Positions 50,167 to 58,251 of a DNA stretch of 64,000 nucleotides are shown here, piece by piece. The notes under the pieces are model-generated. The model had not been told where the DNA came from. It saw only the letters and a program-made list of their open reading frames with translations, and did no database searches. Numbering within the stretch: position 1 is the stretch's first letter; each line of letters begins with the position of its first letter. The DNA is from Bacteroidota bacterium (lineage in GTDB: Bacteria; Bacteroidota; Bacteroidia; Bacteroidales; CG2-30-32-10). The position numbers were made by a program, and so were the translations under genes. The stretch is from positions 17,063 through 81,062 of the forward strand of contig JACAAW010000001.1 in the NCBI GenBank assembly GCA_013377115.1, in the 5' to 3' direction.

Positions 50167-51330
50167 CTAATCCCAAAGTTTAATAGAATCTGAAAAAGTT
50201 CCAACCTGTTCTTTAATAACTTTAAACTGTCCTGTATTTTCACTATACAAGAAGCTTATGTAACGCATATTGTTTTCAATGCAGGCTTGTTGAAGAATTG
50301 GATGGTCTAATAATGCTGGGTCACAAAAACTAGGAGCAGCAAAAATAATTCCATCAACTTTTCTTTCGCTGGCAAGTTTTAATAATCGAGCTTCTTTCGG
50401 ATTATCAACGTCGTAAACTGATGAAGAGAAGGTGCTATTATTTAAATATGAGTGACTTAATGCTCTAAAAGGATCATTGCTGTCAGTTGGAATATCTCCT
50501 TGAATCCATCTGGTTCCTAAAAGGAAATCATCTTCAACAATATAACAACCTGCCAATTCAATAGCTCTAATTAATCCAACTGGAGGTTGCTCACAAAATG
50601 CTCCAATTACTAAAACTCTGATTTTATCTAGTGGCTCTCCACTTTCTTGATTAAGCAAACTAATTACTTTTTCAAGAATTTCATTATGCTCTTCAACTGG
50701 AATTACCAATCCTGCCCTTACAATATGGTAAACATCAGCAGCTGTTATTTTCCAAGGAGCAGCATCGCGAATGGAATAAATCTCTTCAGTTAATTTTCTA
50801 TTTTTATTGAACAAAGAAATAGAGTGATTAAGGCGTTCAGGTGTAATTTCAACATTGTTGATTTTTTTTACTTCTGCCAATACGTGTTCCATTTCTTGAA
50901 TATAGAAGGTTCCCCCAATATGAGATTTGAAATTTTGCGGATAATCCAGATATTTTACAAACTTACCTTTGTTTAAGAGTTTAAACATTCCAGATAAATT
51001 TCTGATAACATCACAAATAGAAGGAAAAATAAATCCATCAAAACCCTCAAAATGATTATCAAGAGCAAGCTCAATGATACCTCTGGGCATATGGCAAATA
51101 TAGGATTGATAATAAGCATCACCCTTTACTATTAGTTTTTTATCTCCACCACCCATTATACCAATGGCTAAACCATTTGCAGCATGTATAATTTCTCTAG
51201 GAAAATAAATTGGCATATAACCTACCAGAACCCTTGACTGATCCTGCGATTTCCACTCTTTTGCTCTAGTAAAATTTAAATCAAAGGAAAGATCTTCACA
51301 TTTACTAATAATTTCATTTAAAGATTCCAA
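50167..51330 (-). CDS. bcrC: benzoyl-CoA reductase core subunit (BcrC/BadD-like)
   Basis: 387 aa. VGYMPIYFPREIIHAANG signature. The ORF begins with TTG at 51330, and the next Met lies inside the conserved region, so a TTG start is likely. Confidence 0.7.
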   Translation of the reverse strand: MESLNEIISKCEDLSFDLNFTRAKEWKSQDQSRVLVGYMPIYFPREIIHAANGLAIGIMGGGDKKLIVKGDAYYQSYICHMPRGIIELALDNHFEGFDGFIFPSICDVIRNLSGMFKLLNKGKFVKYLDYPQNFKSHIGGTFYIQEMEHVLAEVKKINNVEITPERLNHSISLFNKNRKLTEEIYSIRDAAPWKITAADVYHIVRAGLVIPVEEHNEILEKVISLLNQESGEPLDKIRVLVIGAFCEQPPVGLIRAIELAGCYIVEDDFLLGTRWIQGDIPTDSNDPFRALSHSYLNNSTFSSSVYDVDNPKEARLLKLASERKVDGIIFAAPSFCDPALLDHPILQQACIENNMRYISFLYSENTGQFKVIKEQVGTFSDSIKLWD

Positions 51331-51357
51331 ATTGTAATTGTTTTTAATGAAGTTTTT

Positions 51358-51538
51358 TATAAAATCAAATATAGCAATCTAAATCAGTTATGTCAAATTT
51401 TAGAAATATTATAACAAATAACTAATCTTTATATCGCAAAGATAAAAATAAATCGACAAAAAACAAATCACAATTAAAAAAGGCGCCGTAAGTGCTGTTT
51501 TTCCTATCGCTTTAATAGGAAATTTAACTATTTTTAAC
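51358..51538 (-). promoter_or_regulatory. promoter/regulatory region, copy Y of the duplicated block (upstream of bcrC)
   Basis: On the minus strand: TTTG (51394-51397), N20, TATATTTG (51366-51373), 36 nt upstream of the TTG start. It carries the same 43-nt block as copy X and the palindrome TTCCTAT-N7-ATAGGAA (51501-51521). Confidence 0.7.
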
Positions 51539-51547
51539 TTTTCACTT

Positions 51548-52339
51548 TTAGAATTGAATTTTCGAAATAAATTCCATCATTTTTCTTTGCACCAATTCTT
51601 TGGCTTGAAAATGAGGTTCATGTCCACAATTCTCAATAAATAGAATTTCGATGGTTCCGCTTACGTTTTTTAGTTTTGAAATCAATTGCTCAACAGAACC
51701 GTAAGCATCGTCTTTTCCTTGAATAGAAAGGACAGGAGAGGTAATATTTTTTAAATGTTTTTCAACATTCCAAATTTTTCCACCTTCCGAAAGCCAAGTA
51801 TCGCACCAACCATGAAACATGGTTTCGGTTTTTTCTTGATGGTATTTATAAAGGACTCTTTTCAGAACACCTGATTCAAAATGTTTTAATGTGGCCCGGA
51901 AACCTTGATAGGTAATTTCTTCACAAAAAATATGATCTGCTTCAGTTATTACTCCTAAAACTTTTTCGCGATATTTTGATGCAAACAAAAGTGCAATGGT
52001 TCCTCCATCACTATGTCCAACTAAAATTACTTTTTCAGTGATATTCAAATTTTTCAATAAATCAGGTAAGGAATCAAACCCTTCAATATCCATATAATCG
52101 TTATCACGAAGTTCGTTCAGCATTTCCGATTTTCCGTATCCATAACGATCGTAAATCAGCATGGGCAATTCTGTTTTATCGCTTATTTCTTTAGGAAACC
52201 CTTTCCACTGGGCACAACTTCCTAAACCTTCATGAAGAAAAATCAATAACGGTTTTTCAGGCTTCCGAAATTGAAGATTGTGAAACTCGTAATAAATTTC
52301 CCTGCTATTTGCATTAATAAAACCACTGGTACTATTCAT
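51548..52339 (-). CDS. alpha/beta-fold hydrolase
   Basis: 263 aa. HEGLGS oxyanion region, nucleophile elbow GHSDGG, C-terminal catalytic His (CGHEPH). Confidence 0.8.
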   Translation of the reverse strand: MNSTSGFINANSREIYYEFHNLQFRKPEKPLLIFLHEGLGSCAQWKGFPKEISDKTELPMLIYDRYGYGKSEMLNELRDNDYMDIEGFDSLPDLLKNLNITEKVILVGHSDGGTIALLFASKYREKVLGVITEADHIFCEEITYQGFRATLKHFESGVLKRVLYKYHQEKTETMFHGWCDTWLSEGGKIWNVEKHLKNITSPVLSIQGKDDAYGSVEQLISKLKNVSGTIEILFIENCGHEPHFQAKELVQRKMMEFISKIQF

Positions 52340-52344
52340 TGTTT

Positions 52345-53289
52345 TTAAAAATCGAAAATAAACAATTCTTTTTTTGCTTGTATATATTCTGAAATTATTT
52401 CATTGATGATTGCTGCTGCTGGTTCAATTTCCTTAATTATTCCTGAAATCTGTCCAATTTCTAATTCACCTTCATCAGGATTTCCTTCAAACATCCCTTT
52501 TCGGGCTCTACCTTTTCCGAGCAAATTTGCAATTTCCTCAACTGAAGCACCTTCAATTTCAAGTTTTTCAACGTCATCAAAGAATTTATTTTTCAGAAGA
52601 CGAACTGGTTGCAATCTTTTCATGCTAAGTTTAGTATCGCCATCAACCGCTTCAAGAATTTTTCTTTTAAAAAGTGGATGTGCACTCGATTCGTTTGAGG
52701 CAACAAAACGACTTCCAATTTGAACTCCATCGGCACCCAATGCCATTGCTGCCAGCATTCCTCTTCCTGTTCCAATCCCTCCGGCAGCTATCAAAGGAAT
52801 TGATATTGCTTCTCGAACCATTGGAATTAAAACCATCGTTGTTGTTTCTTCTTTTCCATTATGGCCGCCTGCTTCAAAACCTTCGGCCACAACTGCATCA
52901 ACACCAGCCGCTTCGCATTTTATTGCAGATTTAACATTTGCTACCACATGAACTACAGTCATTCCATTTTCTTTTAAAAATGGGGTCCATTTTGCAGGAT
53001 TTCCAGCTGAAGTAAAAACAATTTTTACTTTTTCTTGAATGCAAATATTAACAAACTCTTCTGCATAAGGAAAAATTAAAGGAATATTTACTCCAAAAGG
53101 TTTGTCGGTTATTTTTTTGCATTTAGTGATATGGTCAAGCAAAATTTCTGGTTTCATTGAACCTGAGCCAATAATTCCTAAGCCACCAGCATTACTAACT
53201 GCAGAAGCCAATTCCCAACCACTGCACCAAATCATTCCAGCCTGAATGATTGGATATTTAATTTTGAATAATTCGGTAATTTTATTCAT
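52345..53289 (-). CDS. FMN-dependent nitronate monooxygenase / FabK-like enoyl reductase family protein
   Basis: 314 aa TIM barrel. IIQAGM, GGLGIIG, AAGGIGTGRG, GADGVQIGSRF. Confidence 0.8.
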   Translation of the reverse strand: MNKITELFKIKYPIIQAGMIWCSGWELASAVSNAGGLGIIGSGSMKPEILLDHITKCKKITDKPFGVNIPLIFPYAEEFVNICIQEKVKIVFTSAGNPAKWTPFLKENGMTVVHVVANVKSAIKCEAAGVDAVVAEGFEAGGHNGKEETTTMVLIPMVREAISIPLIAAGGIGTGRGMLAAMALGADGVQIGSRFVASNESSAHPLFKRKILEAVDGDTKLSMKRLQPVRLLKNKFFDDVEKLEIEGASVEEIANLLGKGRARKGMFEGNPDEGELEIGQISGIIKEIEPAAAIINEIISEYIQAKKELFIFDF

Positions 53290-53302
53290 CGTTTATTTTT
53301 TA

Positions 53303-53340
53303 AGCGAGACAACAAAAGTTTTAAAAACTTTTGTTATCTT
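53303..53340. repeat. REP-like imperfect palindrome H1
   Basis: agcgagacaacaaaagttttaaaaacttttgttatctt. Stem acaaaag/cttttgt extended by gaga/tatc. Located between the RAYT stop and the start of the preceding gene. Confidence 0.75.
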
Positions 53341-53343
53341 AAG

Positions 53344-53919
53344 CTAAGTCTGAAAATCAAGTTCAAAATTAGTATTTTCCATTAAATGAAATGCTTTAAA
53401 ATTATTTATATCCTCAAACATTTCAATAATTTCTTTTGAACCTAGCCATTCGCAATCATTTTTTGTAATAGCATTAAAAGAACTAAAATTGTAATCAGAG
53501 GCAACTGAACAAATTCCAGCTTCCACAGGGTTCAAGTGAATGTATCGAATAAGATTCTTAAGATAAATTTCGTCTTCTATTTGTTTACGTTTAAATTTAT
53601 ACTGAAATAAACTTCCAGTCCTATGATATTTTTTATTGATACTTTTAGCATATGAAATAAAAAAATCTCGAAAAGCTTTTTCAATTGGGGTTAAAGCTAG
53701 TTGTTTCGTTAAATTTTGATACTGCAATTTTTCATTTTCTTTTATTCTTATTAAAAAATGAAAATGATTATTCATCAAACAATATGAAAAGACATCAACA
53801 AATGGATCGAGGTATTGGCGAAATTTTTTCAGAAAATAATCATAATTCTCTTCCTCATAAAATATAATATCGCCATTGTTACCCCTATTAAATACGTGGT
53901 AATATCCGCCTTCAATCAT
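53344..53919 (-). CDS. REP-associated tyrosine transposase (RAYT; IS200/IS605 Y1 HUH family)
   Basis: 191 aa. HUH motif NNHFHFLI and catalytic-Tyr motif LIRYIHLNPVEAG. Confidence 0.85.
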   Translation of the reverse strand: MIEGGYYHVFNRGNNGDIIFYEEENYDYFLKKFRQYLDPFVDVFSYCLMNNHFHFLIRIKENEKLQYQNLTKQLALTPIEKAFRDFFISYAKSINKKYHRTGSLFQYKFKRKQIEDEIYLKNLIRYIHLNPVEAGICSVASDYNFSSFNAITKNDCEWLGSKEIIEMFEDINNFKAFHLMENTNFELDFQT

Positions 53920-53933
53920 TTCGTTTATCTTTT

Positions 53934-53972
53934 AGAGAAACTAAAAAAGTTTTTGAAAAATTTTTAGTCTTA
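53934..53972. repeat. REP-like imperfect palindrome H2
   Basis: agagaaactaaaaaagtttttgaaaaatttttagtctta. Arms aga(aa)ctaaaaa / tttttagtct with a 2-nt bulge. Immediately upstream of the RAYT start. Confidence 0.65.
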
Positions 53973-54001
53973 TACTGCTTTTGTATTCTTCCAAATAATG
54001 A

Positions 54002-54373
54002 TTATACTAGCATTCTATTTATAAAAAATTTAAAAAGGATCAGTGATGCAAAGGTTAAAATCAAAAATGACCAAGATAAAACTATTGATAAAAAATGACT
54101 TTTGAAAAACATCGGTTTCTCTTTAATTATTTTTTTTGCATACCCTTTTTTAACATAATAAAAATAATTAAAGACAAAGGGCAAAAGAATTATACCAAAT
54201 AAAATCCAATTATCTATTGTGTGCTTGAAAATTAACGAACTTAAGTAATCTGAAAATCCCATAACAAAAATCATTTCAGAAAAACTCAAAGAAAACCATG
54301 CGCTGAGTATTGGCTGGGTTTCCACCTTTGACCATTTATAGAATAAGTAATTATAGTAAAACAAAGTATTCAT
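54002..54373 (-). CDS. hypothetical small membrane protein
   Basis: 123 aa with 3-4 predicted TM helices. No recognisable motif. Confidence 0.4.
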   Translation of the reverse strand: MNTLFYYNYLFYKWSKVETQPILSAWFSLSFSEMIFVMGFSDYLSSLIFKHTIDNWILFGIILLPFVFNYFYYVKKGYAKKIIKEKPMFFKSHFLSIVLSWSFLILTFASLILFKFFINRMLV

Positions 54374-54458
54374 TCAAAAAAATATTGTTACTTACAAATT
54401 CTTGTAAAGATAGAAATTAGATAACTTCGTTTTATTTTATAAAATAAAAAACTTCATA

Positions 54459-54503
54459 AGCGAAAGACTACAAAAGTTTTAAAAACTTTTGTAGTCTCGC
54501 TTT
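54459..54503. repeat. REP-like palindrome H3 (also a likely terminator hairpin for the thiolase operon)
   Basis: aagcgaaagactacaaaagttttaaaaacttttgtagtctcgctt. Perfect 12-bp stem agactacaaaag/cttttgtagtct. Its core acaaaagttttaaaaacttttgt is identical to H1. Confidence 0.8.
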
Positions 54504-54519
54504 GTTTTCGCTAAATTAT

Positions 54520-55764
54520 TTATTCCGCTTTTTTATAAACTATAGAAACTAAAGTTTTATCATCGCCACCCATATTAATGGTTAAACCATAAGGTCTTTC
54601 AGGTTTCATTGTAATTTGAGCATCACCAGCTTTTCCAGTTAGTTGTTCCCAAATAGTAACGGCTTGGTGAACTCCAGTTGCACCAGTTGGATGGCCCCAA
54701 CCAATTAAACCGCCAGTGGTATTAAATGGAACCATTCCTGTTCTAGAGGTATTTCCTTCTAAAACGAAATCGATTCCTTTTCCGTGTTCAGCAAAACCAA
54801 TGGCTTCGGTTGCCATTACGCCTGCAATTGTAAAACAATCGTGGCATTCAACAGTTCCAATTTGATCTTTTGTAACTCCTGCAGACTCGAAAGCTTTCTT
54901 AACCGCAACCTTTGTTGTTGAAAGAACTGTAGGATCTGTTGGTGGCTTTGTGATATCATCTTCTGCCATTCCAAATCCCATTACTTCAACTGCATCTTTT
55001 TTGTCAATACCGCATCTTCTCAAACCTTCTTCAGAAACAATTGCGATTGAACTTGCACCATCAGATACTTTTGAACAATCAAAAACATTTAATGAATCAA
55101 CAAAACCCTTTGGATTTGGAGTTACTAATCCACATGCTTGTAAATCTTTGGTTGTATTGTGGAATTCTTGTGCTGTAGGACAAAGACGTGCATTTTCAAT
55201 GGCGTTTGTAAACCATTTTGCCATTGCCGCTCTTGTTTTTTCTCTGTCAAATCTTTCTGCATAAGCTTTTGAGCGATCACTAAATTTTCCAGGGAAGAAA
55301 TAAGCATGACCTGTTTTTCTTTCTTTTGCCCAACCTGCTGCTGCAAGAATATCAGCTCCGTAAATTGCTTTAACCGTATTTTGAACTTCAACACCTAAAA
55401 CCAAAACAACTTCTGCTGTTTCAGCTAAGATAGATTTAATTCCCGCTGCTAATGCTAATGCACCAGTTCCACAAGCACCTTCAACTCTGGTACAAGGAAT
55501 ATATCTTAAACCTTCATCAATGTAAGGAATAAATCCTGCCATATTTGCTTGTCTGTTGAAACGAGAAGCAATAAAATTTCCAATAACGCCTTCGTCAACG
55601 TTTTTAGCACCACCGATTTGTTTAAGAACTGCCTGACCAGCTTCTCTGATATATTCTTCTAAGCCTGGACGCTCTTTTTTAGGATTGAATTCTTTTCTAC
55701 CGGTTCCCATCGAAATGGTGTTGTATCCGGCAACCATATATATTTTTCTACGTAATTTTGTCAT
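54520..55764 (-). CDS. thiolase-domain protein (SCP-x / non-specific lipid-transfer-type thiolase)
   Basis: 414 aa. Nucleophile context VEGACGTGALA, HDCFT and GHPTGATG motifs. Confidence 0.8.
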   Translation of the reverse strand: MTKLRRKIYMVAGYNTISMGTGRKEFNPKKERPGLEEYIREAGQAVLKQIGGAKNVDEGVIGNFIASRFNRQANMAGFIPYIDEGLRYIPCTRVEGACGTGALALAAGIKSILAETAEVVLVLGVEVQNTVKAIYGADILAAAGWAKERKTGHAYFFPGKFSDRSKAYAERFDREKTRAAMAKWFTNAIENARLCPTAQEFHNTTKDLQACGLVTPNPKGFVDSLNVFDCSKVSDGASSIAIVSEEGLRRCGIDKKDAVEVMGFGMAEDDITKPPTDPTVLSTTKVAVKKAFESAGVTKDQIGTVECHDCFTIAGVMATEAIGFAEHGKGIDFVLEGNTSRTGMVPFNTTGGLIGWGHPTGATGVHQAVTIWEQLTGKAGDAQITMKPERPYGLTINMGGDDKTLVSIVYKKAE

Positions 55765-55785
55765 TTTTAAATCCTCCTTATTTTA

Positions 55786-57117
55786 TTAATAATTGTTTAT
55801 TGGTCCGTAAGCATGGAAAAATCCTGTGAGTAACACTGTGTTCACGTCATTTTCGCTAAAAGCTACTTTATCAGAAACCAATTTTAAACCAATTTCTTTT
55901 GAACGTTTTGCATAATTTCTTGCAATTTCTGCTCCCATTGAATCAAAAGTTTTCAAATCATTGAAATAGGCAACGAAAACTTCTTCTTTCTTTTTGTTTC
56001 CAACCACTGCTTTCCATGGCTGAACAGAAGCTGGAGGATTTCCTAATTTTGAATCGCAATTTGCTTGGAATTCGTCAACAGCAACATAGGCTTTTTTATT
56101 CAAATCATAGAAACCAGTAACTCTTCCTTTTTCGTATTTTAGGAAACCATCTTTTTGCGAACCGTCGGAATTTTGTCCACCACGAACTCCAATTTCTAAC
56201 ATTTTGTCAAGTAAATCGCAATGCAAATTTTCGTCAGCAAGATAAGGATTCATAACACTCATGATATATTGACAAACATCGATTCCGACATAATCAATTA
56301 ATTGAAAAATTCCCATCGGACGAATCAAATAATCTTGAGTTACTTTATTAATCATATAAACAGCTTCAGGGAAAGAAGCAGTTGCCATTAATTTTTCTGC
56401 TTGAGCAATTCCGTATTGAGCATCACGCATAAAATGACCATTGCCAATAAATCCAGCAAAATCGTGAGAAGGAACAACGATTTTCTTAAGATTTTTAGCC
56501 AACATATTTGCAAACTCAACCAATTCCATGTCTGCATTTTCGGTTTTGATAATTTCAACCAATTTCTGAATTGCAGGTGGATTATAGAAATGAACTCCTA
56601 AAACTCTGCCACCTAAATTTGCTTTACTATCAATTACATTGATTGGAATTGAAGAAGTGTTGGTGCAGAACCAAGGTGATTTTTTGTTGTTTTGATTAAT
56701 TTGAGTGAAGATTTTAACTTTCAATTCTGGATCTTCTTTAATTGCTTCAAAAATAACAGTTGATTCATAAGCAGCTTCCAAATTCGTTGTAGGTCTAACA
56801 ATGAAAAGTACATCCTCAACATATTGATCAATGATTTCGCTGTTGTCAATTAAATCAGCTCTGTCTTCGTAAACTTTTCTAAGAGCAATTACTTTTTTCT
56901 CAGCAGCTTTAAGAACTTGAGTTTTTAGGTATTTCATCAAGCCTTTAAGAGCTTCACTGGAAGTATCCATTGCATTAAGCACAAAAAGTTTTCCTTTGTT
57001 TTCGGGCAATAAACTTAAATCTGCCATTTCAATAGCAGTAAGCAATAGGATTCCGCTACCCATTTTTCCTGCGGCTCCCAGAACGGTTACGTTTTGTAAT
57101 TTTTCTGAATAGTTCAT
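55786..57117 (-). CDS. 3-hydroxyacyl-CoA dehydrogenase (long form)
   Basis: 443 aa. N-terminal VLGAAGKMGSG Rossmann fold, HFYNPP motif, C-terminal HAD dimerisation-type domain. Confidence 0.8.
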   Translation of the reverse strand: MNYSEKLQNVTVLGAAGKMGSGILLLTAIEMADLSLLPENKGKLFVLNAMDTSSEALKGLMKYLKTQVLKAAEKKVIALRKVYEDRADLIDNSEIIDQYVEDVLFIVRPTTNLEAAYESTVIFEAIKEDPELKVKIFTQINQNNKKSPWFCTNTSSIPINVIDSKANLGGRVLGVHFYNPPAIQKLVEIIKTENADMELVEFANMLAKNLKKIVVPSHDFAGFIGNGHFMRDAQYGIAQAEKLMATASFPEAVYMINKVTQDYLIRPMGIFQLIDYVGIDVCQYIMSVMNPYLADENLHCDLLDKMLEIGVRGGQNSDGSQKDGFLKYEKGRVTGFYDLNKKAYVAVDEFQANCDSKLGNPPASVQPWKAVVGNKKKEEVFVAYFNDLKTFDSMGAEIARNYAKRSKEIGLKLVSDKVAFSENDVNTVLLTGFFHAYGPINNY

Positions 57118-57140
57118 TTTCTTTATTTTAATTTATTTTC

Positions 57141-57911
57141 TTAATTCCAGTTAGGTTTTCTTTTTTCAAGAAAAGCACGCATTCCTTCGGCACCTTCATT
57201 TCCAAACAAAGAGCCAAATTCTTTTGATTCAAGATCGCTGCCGGATTTAAAATCGGTCAGCATTCCTTGTCTTGTCACTAATTTTATTTTTTTAACAGCA
57301 TTAGGACCTTTTGAAGCAATTTTTGTTGCAATTGCAATAGTTTCAGACATTAATTGCTCTGGTTCTACAACTTTTTGAACCAATCCGATTCGAAGTGCTT
57401 CATCAGCAGTAATCATATCAGCAGTATAAAGCAGATACAATGCATTTGGAAGTCCAACAATTCTTGGAAGTCTTTGTGTTGCAGCATAACCAGGAATAAG
57501 TCCCAGATTAACTTCTGGCTGACCAAATTTTGCAAGATTACTTGCAATCCTGAAATCACATGCCATGGCAAGTTCGCAGCCGCCACCTAAAGCAAAACCG
57601 TTGATTGCAGCAATAACCGGAATCTCCAATTTTTCAATGCTATTAAAAGTATTTTGTCCAATTTTTGAGAAATTGCTACCTTGTTCGTCATTCATATCAA
57701 CCATTTCGGCAATATCAGCACCAGCAACAAAAGCTTTTCCATCACCAGTTAATATCAAAACACTAATATCTTTTCTTGCTGACACATCTATAAGCATTTG
57801 ATCCATTTCTGAAAAAAATCTGGTATTCAATGCATTCATAGCTTGAGGCCTCGAAATTTTAACAATACCAATTCCGTTTTCCACTTCAAGACTTAATATT
57901 TCGTAATTCAT
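57141..57911 (-). CDS. enoyl-CoA hydratase (crotonase)
   Basis: 256 aa. AFVAGADI, GFALGGGCELAMACD, FGQPEVNLG. Confidence 0.9.
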   Translation of the reverse strand: MNYEILSLEVENGIGIVKISRPQAMNALNTRFFSEMDQMLIDVSARKDISVLILTGDGKAFVAGADIAEMVDMNDEQGSNFSKIGQNTFNSIEKLEIPVIAAINGFALGGGCELAMACDFRIASNLAKFGQPEVNLGLIPGYAATQRLPRIVGLPNALYLLYTADMITADEALRIGLVQKVVEPEQLMSETIAIATKIASKGPNAVKKIKLVTRQGMLTDFKSGSDLESKEFGSLFGNEGAEGMRAFLEKRKPNWN

Positions 57912-58251
57912 ATTTTAGAGTTTTTGTAAATTATCTAATGTTAATTATTCTTAAAATCATTTATTTCCTATTTTTTCTATAACAAAACCTAAAATTTGCT
58001 CATTTTTCATTATTCACAATAAAATGGAAACCCGCGATTTACGTATGAAATTAATTTTTTAATGACCTCTAACTGCAAATATAAAAAAAAATTCAAACTA
58101 ATATACACATTTATTGAATTTTTAAAAAGAACAAAAATTTAATAATTATTCTTTATTGTAAAACAAAAATCCAAGATCCTGAATATTAAAATTGTTTAAG
58201 AAACTTTACGCAATTTTCTTAATTTTGTCGAAAAATTTGGCATTAAATTTT

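Noticed and set aside
46545-51330. Alternative reading of the four genes as a 2-hydroxyacyl-CoA dehydratase (amino-acid fermentation) with activator
   Set aside because: Dehydratases use one homodimeric activator gene of ~260 aa. Here there are two distinct ATPase genes, one with the large insertion, in bcrCBAD order, and they sit next to oah, had and dch. This reading stays open until a phylogeny is done.
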